Of a DNA stretch of 64,000 bases, positions 56,957 through 64,000 are shown in pieces. The notes below the pieces were generated by a model, which worked only from the letters and a program-made list of their open reading frames with translations, ran no database searches and had not been told where the DNA came from. The DNA is from Eledone cirrhosa. Its lineage: Eukaryota. Numbering within the stretch: position 1 is the stretch's first letter; the number at the start of each line of letters is the position of its first letter. The position numbers were made by a program, and so were the translations under genes. The stretch lies in contig CAXHJY010000967.1 of assembly GCA_964016885.1 (NCBI GenBank), positions 124,001 through 188,000 of the forward strand. The letters are read 5' to 3'.

Positions 56957-58049
56957 GATAAATAGACGTTAAACGATGATGATGATATATATATATATAT
57001 ATATGGCAAACCAAAGATGTGGATTCGTGGCCCATGTACATCAATACTCATCCCTTTTTTCCATTCAGAGGTTTTTTTAAAATCCCAACTACCAGACTAA
57101 TTCTATGTAGTCAAATACAGTATAAGTACATGTTACTACTTAATTTTCAAGTTTGTTAGCCATTTATATACAAAGCCTGCTTTGTGTCTCCCTATTTATA
57201 TATATATATATATTACCAGCATAAATTGTGACTTGACCCACCTTATGTTGCTCTTTAGCTCTTCTCATCACTGTACACCCTTACCCTTACTCTGGCCAGG
57301 ATCACCAAGCTTCTAAAATCCTGACACACCAGTCATAACCCCTTAGCTGTTTATTAAAAAAAAACCCAAACACTATTGGAAGTCATCCCATCCCCTCCTA
57401 CTCATCACCCTCCCAAATCCCACCACCCCACTACATTTGTCATACAGCCATAACATCATATCTTTTCTGCTGGTCTTATTCCCCACCATCCCCCATAGAA
57501 TAGGGAGGGCTATTTAGTTGAATCAATGACCCTCAACTTCTCTAATGCTGATGCCACATAAAAATGCACCCAGTACACTCTGTAACATGGTTGACAATAT
57601 GAAGGGCATCATACTGTAGAAACCATGCCAAAAAATGAGCAAGAGGACTCTTAAGTTGTGTCAAGAACATGACAATCTCTCTAGTGTTGGTGTGGACATG
57701 ATAAATGCATCCAGTACATTCTGTAAAGTGGCTGGTGACAGGAAGAACATCCAGCCATAGAAAATTAGTCAAACAAAGGTTTGGGAGGACTCCCCAGTTG
57801 TGTCAAGGGCATGACAACCTCCTTAGTGATGGTGCCATGATAAAACATATGACTTACAGAACCTTGAAGGGAATCTAGGGACATAAATGGCCAACACCTT
57901 CACATTTTTTTCTGTTAATTTAAAGAAGAATAGCTAATGTTGTGATAGATGCAGTTGAAAATAGATTTAAAGGAAAAATTCCAGAATGTTGCTTTAATAT
58001 CGATGCTCCAGGAGGATGTTGAAAAACTTATTTAATGAATATAAGAACT

Positions 58050-58490
58050 GAATATTCATTTTATTAAGGTGTAACCGTCAACATAATATTACAAATAGAA
58101 AGAGAAAAAAAGAAAAGGGAAAGGAAAAAACGCAGAAGTGGTTAGCACATACAACAAAAGGTAGGTGAAAGGGGTGGACAAACGAACTGCTGCCAGAAAA
58201 AAGATAATAATATCTCGAGGAGTACTGGGAAACCTCTCTAATAATTTTTGAGGCAAGTCAGCATGCTCGCAGCGTTACCTCAGGTGATTCCGAGGCTGAT
58301 GCACTGGAACAACCAAGTGCCCTCATGAGCATCACCAGTTAACTCGGTTAGGCGACCCACCAGTGAAGATATGAATGTCGCAGTCAGTGGCCCAACTCCC
58401 CACAAACGTCTTGAATGCCACAGATCATTTCTCGTCTTAGAAACAACAACTTGAAAAGTGGATTAAAAAATATGACTATGATGATGATGA
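58050..58490 (-). mobile_element. Unclassified insertion in Helitron relic, probably retroelement 3' end(s)
   Basis: Separates helicase motif I from motif Ia; AATAAA near 58060 on - strand; (GAT)n at right end. Confidence 0.4.
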
Positions 58491-59215
58491 TAAACAAGTG
58501 CTGCCTGGATAGGTACTGCTGCCTCATACCTGTTAGGTGGTAAGATATTATATAGCTTGTTTAGATTACCAGTACCTTTAATTAATATAAGTATTTCTAA
58601 TATATCTATATCTACATCTAAGCAAGCCTGTTTCTTAACAGATCAAGTTAATTTCATTCACGTTGACAAAGCATCCATGACACTTTCTTTCACCTTTGGT
58701 ACCATTGATAAATATCATCAGGATCTTACTGATATCAATAGCATTTTTGGAGTGAAAAATCATCTTATTGTTAGGAATTGTAGACAAGTGCTACCTATTC
58801 TTCCAAAAGCAACACAGACTGCTACTATTGATATCATCTAAAACAATCTCACTTCTGGCAGTATTTGAGACAATATCACCTAACTTGAAATTTGAGGGCC
58901 ATAGAAGAACAAAAGGACTATGCAGATTGGTTGCTTCTGCTTGGAAATGGAACCGCTCCAACTTCTTTGGTTAATATTAGAGTAAGTATGACACATCCTA
59001 TACCAGGATTAACATCAGATGATGTCCAAGTACTATCATTTTCATATATTTCTTTAAATGAGGAGATTTTAAAACTACTGCCAGGAAATGTTCAAACATA
59101 TTTTAGTACAGATCAAATTGTTTGTGAGAATTATTTAATTAATCTACTCCATTAGGAATGCCTCAATATAAATTGGATTTAAAAATCAGATCTGTTGTAA
59201 TATTATTACGTAATA

Positions 59216-59458
59216 CAAGGTGAGTCATAAGTAACCAGACAGTCCAACATTTATATTCTAAATGATAATATTTACCAAAATTCTGATTATATGCTACAGA
59301 ATTATAAATGCATCAAACAAAAGTAGTTACAAATTAAAGTAAATATTCGGAAAGCTGACTCTGTTCCTCAATACATTTCGAAGCAGATGTTCAAAACGTT
59401 ATCTGTGAACCTTGCAATAAAAATGCATTGACAACCCAGTTAATTATGACTCAACCTG
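59216..59458. mobile_element. Tc1/mariner-type MITE inside Helitron relic
   Basis: TIRs CAAGGTGAGTCATAA / TTATGACTCAACCTG with TA duplicated on both sides; splits the LLRN...GLCNGTRL helicase motif. Confidence 0.85.
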
Positions 59459-59611
59459 TATATAAATTCAGCAAGGGCTTTGTAATGGAACTAGGTTAGA
59501 AATTGTTAACTTATATTGTAATTGCATTGAAGGTTTATTAATAAGCAGGTAGGTGAGCGTTAGCACCTAGAGTTAAACTGACACCTGATGATTCAAATTT
59601 AACATTTAAAT

Positions 59612-59670
59612 AATAATAATGAAATTATTGTGCACAGTGCTCAGGTGCACTACAACTCATCGAAGGCGCA
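59612..59670 (-). mobile_element. CR1 3'-end stub inserted in Helitron relic
   Basis: AATAATGAAATTATTGTG.ACAGT.CTCAGGTGCA.TACAACTC shared with the ends at 9055 and 62180. Confidence 0.8.
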
Positions 59671-60034
59671 CATTTTCTTTACAAAGAACTCAATTTTCAG
59701 TTAAATTAGCTTATTCAATGACAATTAATAAAGCAGGGATTTACTTACCACGATAAATGTTTAGTCAGGGATAGTTATATGCTGCATATTCTAGAGCTAG
59801 GACATTAAATGATTTTTTGTTTAAGTAGTTTGTACCAATAAGCAAAAAAAAAAAAAAAAGCTATCACTAAAAACATTCTATGTAAAGAAGTATTAAGTTA
59901 ATGAATTAACATTTTGATAATGATATTTAATAGTAAAATTATTCAAATGATACAATAAATATATTGATACAACAGTGTAATGATTGTAATTCTTATCTAT
60001 ACATGCAAAGGTAATAAATTACATCAACAAAATT

Positions 60035-60818
60035 GTGTGCTTGTACAAATATGTAAATTTTGGATACACAAGAGGTGCAGTGGGATAGCAGGCAGACTAA
60101 CAAGAAAGGAAGACTTTGTGTGTAATAAATACACAGGGGTTATCGACAGTATGAGCATCAGTGATATAAACCTTTTCCAATTACATGAAGGATCCATAGA
60201 AGTGGTTGATAGCTTCTGCTACTTAGGAGATCTAATTACCAGTGGAGGAAGGTGCTCTGGGAGCATAATATCTAGAATAAGGAAAGGAAAGAAGTTTACA
60301 GAGCTACTTCCTCTGTTGACAACAAAGGTCCCTACAAATAAAAAGATAGCTGTATGACACCTGTGTGCAAAGTGCAGTGCTGCATGGAAGTGAAACATGG
60401 GTAGTAACTGCAGAGGACATGCATAGGCTGGAAAGAAATGAAGCAAGCATGCTTTGATGGATGTGCAATATTAATGTGATAGATCAGCAAAGCCTGAATG
60501 AACTGAGAGAAAAACTGGCTTTAAGAGAAATCAGAAATAGTGTACAAGAGAGAAGACTGCATTGGTATGGACATGCGATATACATGGATGATGATCGCTG
60601 AGTGAAGAAGTGGCAGGAAGTGTCAGTATAAAGAAGCTGCAGCAGAGGAAAACCAAGGAAGACCTAGGCAGAGTTGGCAAAAGCTGATCTCAAATCATTG
60701 ATACTCACAGAGGAGATAAAGAAGGAATGCAATGAGTGGAGAGATGCTGTGCTGAAAAGGATCCATCCAACCCATGCAAGCATGGAAAAGTGAACATAAA
60801 AACAATGATGATGATGAT
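60035..60818 (+). mobile_element. RTE LINE 3' fragment
   Basis: CKFWIHKRCSGIAGRL...EGSIEVVDSFCYLGD; LHWYGH; ends CATGCAAGCATGG...(GAT)n. Confidence 0.9.
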
Positions 60819-60959
60819 AATGTCAGAGTAATTATTGTGCCTTAGTTGCCAACAAACAGAATTTCCATGTAACTAGCTAGTTATTAATTATTTCATTACT
60901 AAGACAGTAACTTAATATATAGTTCTTATATAAAATTATGTTGGGAAATTTTAATTTAA

Positions 60960-61169
60960 CCCTTTAGCATTTAAACTGGCAGTATCGGCCAGAATTCTCT
61001 CACCTCTTTCTATTCAAACTGGCCATAACCAGCTTTTCATACTTATGTTAAGGTATTGTTCTCAAATTAAAATCTCATAGATTTGATATTATGTGGGATA
61101 ATTATGTGAGGAAAAGCCTTTACCAAGAAAATATAATAGTAAATATAGAGTAATGTAAATACTAAAGGG
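60960..61169. mobile_element. piggyBac-type MITE family A (reverse orientation)
   Basis: TTAA-CCCTTTAGCATTTA...TAAATACTAAAGGG-TTAA. Confidence 0.85.
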
Positions 61170-62169
61170 TTAAATAGGAACACTTAAATGTACAGTTTTG
61201 TTATATAGAACCGGAGCCAGTTTTGGTCAGATTTGTATTGAAAAGGTTAATGATAATGATTTTTATATAATGTTACAAATTTAAAGAGTTTGAAGTACAA
61301 TCTATAAAATCAATCCCAGTGTATCACTGACTCATTTTATTAACTGATGAAAGGTAAAGTCAAACAAAGCTAGATCTGAACTTGGAATGTAAAAATATCT
61401 TAATATATGTATTACAAGACATTTAGTCTGGCACTCTACTGTTTCCACTCCTCCATCACCCCTGACTTAATAAATATTATTGATAACAAAAACAACTACA
61501 TCTGTAATTATATGAATTACATGGGTAATGACTAGTGTAATAAGCAATTTTGATTGGTTTCTTAACTTTGCTAGCTGATAAAAACAAGCTTCATGATTAA
61601 CGGTCTTGATCTTCTGGCAACTTTACCAACAGTGATACAGAAAAATAATATAATGATTAAATTATCCATATTCTCTAGCCTGAACTATTTTGCCAAATGT
61701 TGATGGATATATGATAATTTGAGAAATAGTATTTTTCTAAACTGTTCTTTGTTTACTACAAATGCTCTAAATTAATTGAAATACTATATATTATCTCTAT
61801 CAGTTTCATATTAATAATGTCAATAAATGTTATTTTGTTGCTTTGATCTTTATTAACAGTTACATGTTATATACAATTCAACTAAACTTAGTCTTCAATA
61901 AAATGAAAAACATGGCATAATATAAAGTCTTTGATAGGAACGATTCTGTTCTTTTAGAATAAAACATTCAGTTTCGGTAAATACAATCATTTTGTAAATG
62001 TAATTAATAGTAGCATTGGCCTGGAGATAATTTATCTGTCTATTTCCAGAACTAATTTTCATCAATATGTGTATGTGTTTGGGTGTTCGGATATCTATAT
62101 CTATATTTATGTGAGTATATACATATTTGTATACATTTATGTGTATATATCTATATCTATATAATAAAA

Positions 62170-64000
62170 TAATAATGAATAATAATGAAATTATTGTGTA
62201 CAGTACTCAGGTGCATTACAACTCATTAAAGGTGCATGTATAGTACATAGAATAATATACAAATGTCAGGGAAGTGAATAGTGTATGAGTCATGATATAC
62301 ATGTGTGTGTGTGTATGGAGGGGGAATATTAGGTGTAGTGTTGGCGAATCTCAGGAAGCATAGAGGTTTTAATGGATGCAGTGTCTCGACAGCTAACAAC
62401 TGATGCAGGTAGTTTGTTCCATGCTTCAGTAACTCTGAGCATGAAAAAATGTTTCTGAAAGTATATGGGAGCTATGCTATTTTCTCACTTTGTCGGCATG
62501 CCCACGTGTGTTAGACACGTGGAAATCAAAAAGGTACTCAGGGTTGTTGTTGGCAAGATGGTTAATAATTTTGTGGGTGTTTACCAAGTCAGTTGCCAGA
62601 TGTCAGAGCTTCAATGAATCCATGCCCAAGGAAGCAAGGCGTTCAGAGTATGGTAGATGCTTGATGGAGGGTATTCGCTTGGTTGCACATCTCTGAACAG
62701 TTTCCAGGCGGTCAATGTTCTGAGCAAGATAGGGGTTCCAGACTGGTGATGCAAATTCTAAGTGTGGCCACACCATAGCTATATACAGCTTTAAATAGAT
62801 AGCTGGAGAGCGGCTGACAAAGGTCTTGCTGAGTGATGCTAAGACACCCTCGGCCTTCTTGACAATTTTAGAAACGTGCTTCATCCAACGCAAATCGCTG
62901 CTGACTGTAATGCTCAGGTCACGCTCACAAGAAGACTTCTTGATATTAGTGTTGTGGAGAGAGTATGTGAATGCTGGGTTTTTACTCCCAAAATGCCTGG
63001 TGGTGCACTTGTCCACAGCTAGATTGAGTTGCCAGTCTGTGATCCATTATTGCATTGTATCCAGGTTAGATTGCAGGCAAGATCTATAGTGTTCAGGATC
63101 TGTCCTTTTTATCTCAAGGTACAGCTTGATGTCATCTGCATATTTCAGTACTGTGGCATTCTTTAAGTTGGCATCTATGTCATTAATATATGCCACAAAC
63201 AAAAGGGGGCCAAGAGCAGATCCCTGTGGTACACCAGATGACATCTCATATGGTGAGGAATGCTGTCCTAGAACCGTGACTTCCTCTCTTCGACTGAGAA
63301 TGAAGGACTTCAACCGGTTAAAAAGATCATCCTTCACACCCATTGCAGAGAGTTTTGCCATAAGTCTTTTGTGTGGTACAGAATTGAAAGCTTTAGCAAA
63401 GTCAAGGTAAACAACATCCACCTATGCGCTGCCATCAGTGATCTGGGTGATGTCTTCAAGAAACTCGATAAGTTGATCACAGCAGCTGGAGTTAGGGATA
63501 AATCCAAATTGCGAGAGCCGGATAAGATTGTGAGAGTTCCAGAAGTTCCAAAGCATTTCTCTGACACAGGATTCCATCAGTTTGGCGATGCAGCCAGTAA
63601 GACTGACTGGACGATAGTTCACAGGTGATGTGCAGTCACCCTTTTTGAACAGAGGAATGACACTGGCAGTTTTCCACTGTTCTGGAGTAGCACCGTTGTT
63701 CAGACAGAATTGGAAGAAGCGTGATAGCTAGTGCAGAAGGAAGTACCCACCACGTTTAAGAAGCAGGTACGTAACACCATCAAGACTAGGAGAGGCATCG
63801 TTGCATTTATTTTTAAGGTGACATCGTAGCATTGCAGGTGTAAATTCCATAGTTGTAATAGAATCCGATGTCCCAGGTGCTGGAGATGGTACACTCTGGT
63901 CTTCAATAGTGAAAATGCCTGCATAGCATTCAGCAATGAGTTCTGCGCATTCCTTGGGGTCATCAGTAATCTGGCTTGTGCGGGGATTGTGAAGAGGACC
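62170..64000 (-). mobile_element. CR1-clade LINE, degenerate, runs off window end
   Basis: NYRPVSLT, QFGF, DVVYLDFAKAFNSVPH, SGVPQGSALGPLLF, KYADDIKLY, PHLEFASPVWNPY, YSERL; (ATT)n-type 3' tail; several stops and frameshifts. Confidence 0.95.

Larger units (their letters stand above)
57935..59900 (+). mobile_element. Helitron PIF1-family helicase relic with nested insertions
   Basis: Collinear motifs IDAPGGC*KTYL, AAWIGTAASYLLGG...SLFRLP, DKASM, RQVLPILP, DWLLLLGNG, GMP...LK...VILLRN, GLCNGTRL, QFSVKLAYSMTINK, FSQG*LYAAYSR, TKNILCKEVL. Confidence 0.9.

Overview
AT-rich, repeat-dense eukaryotic genomic DNA. The tRNA-derived SINEs, RTE/CR1 LINEs and (TA)n tracts look octopod-cephalopod-like; this is inferred from family resemblance, not from a search. 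The only host-gene piece I can support is a minus-strand first coding exon at 48309-48441 resembling the N-terminus of MAP2K7/MKK7. I found no kinase-domain exons, so 1-48.3 kb is probably intronic, with a few candidate small exons. The rest is transposon debris: a young 5'-truncated RTE LINE with an intact RT ORF carrying an internal PHD-like finger, CR1, CRE-like, Gypsy and Helitron relics, a complete ~2 kb non-autonomous LTR element, piggyBac- and Tc1/mariner-type MITEs, and a 4.3 kb TA-derived minisatellite. The most interesting signals are three minimal hammerhead-ribozyme folds (39.7 kb -, 40.8 kb +, 54.65 kb -) and four long fold-back palindromes near TA-rich microsatellites. Together they suggest a non-coding, Penelope-related ribozyme-bearing retroelement family.
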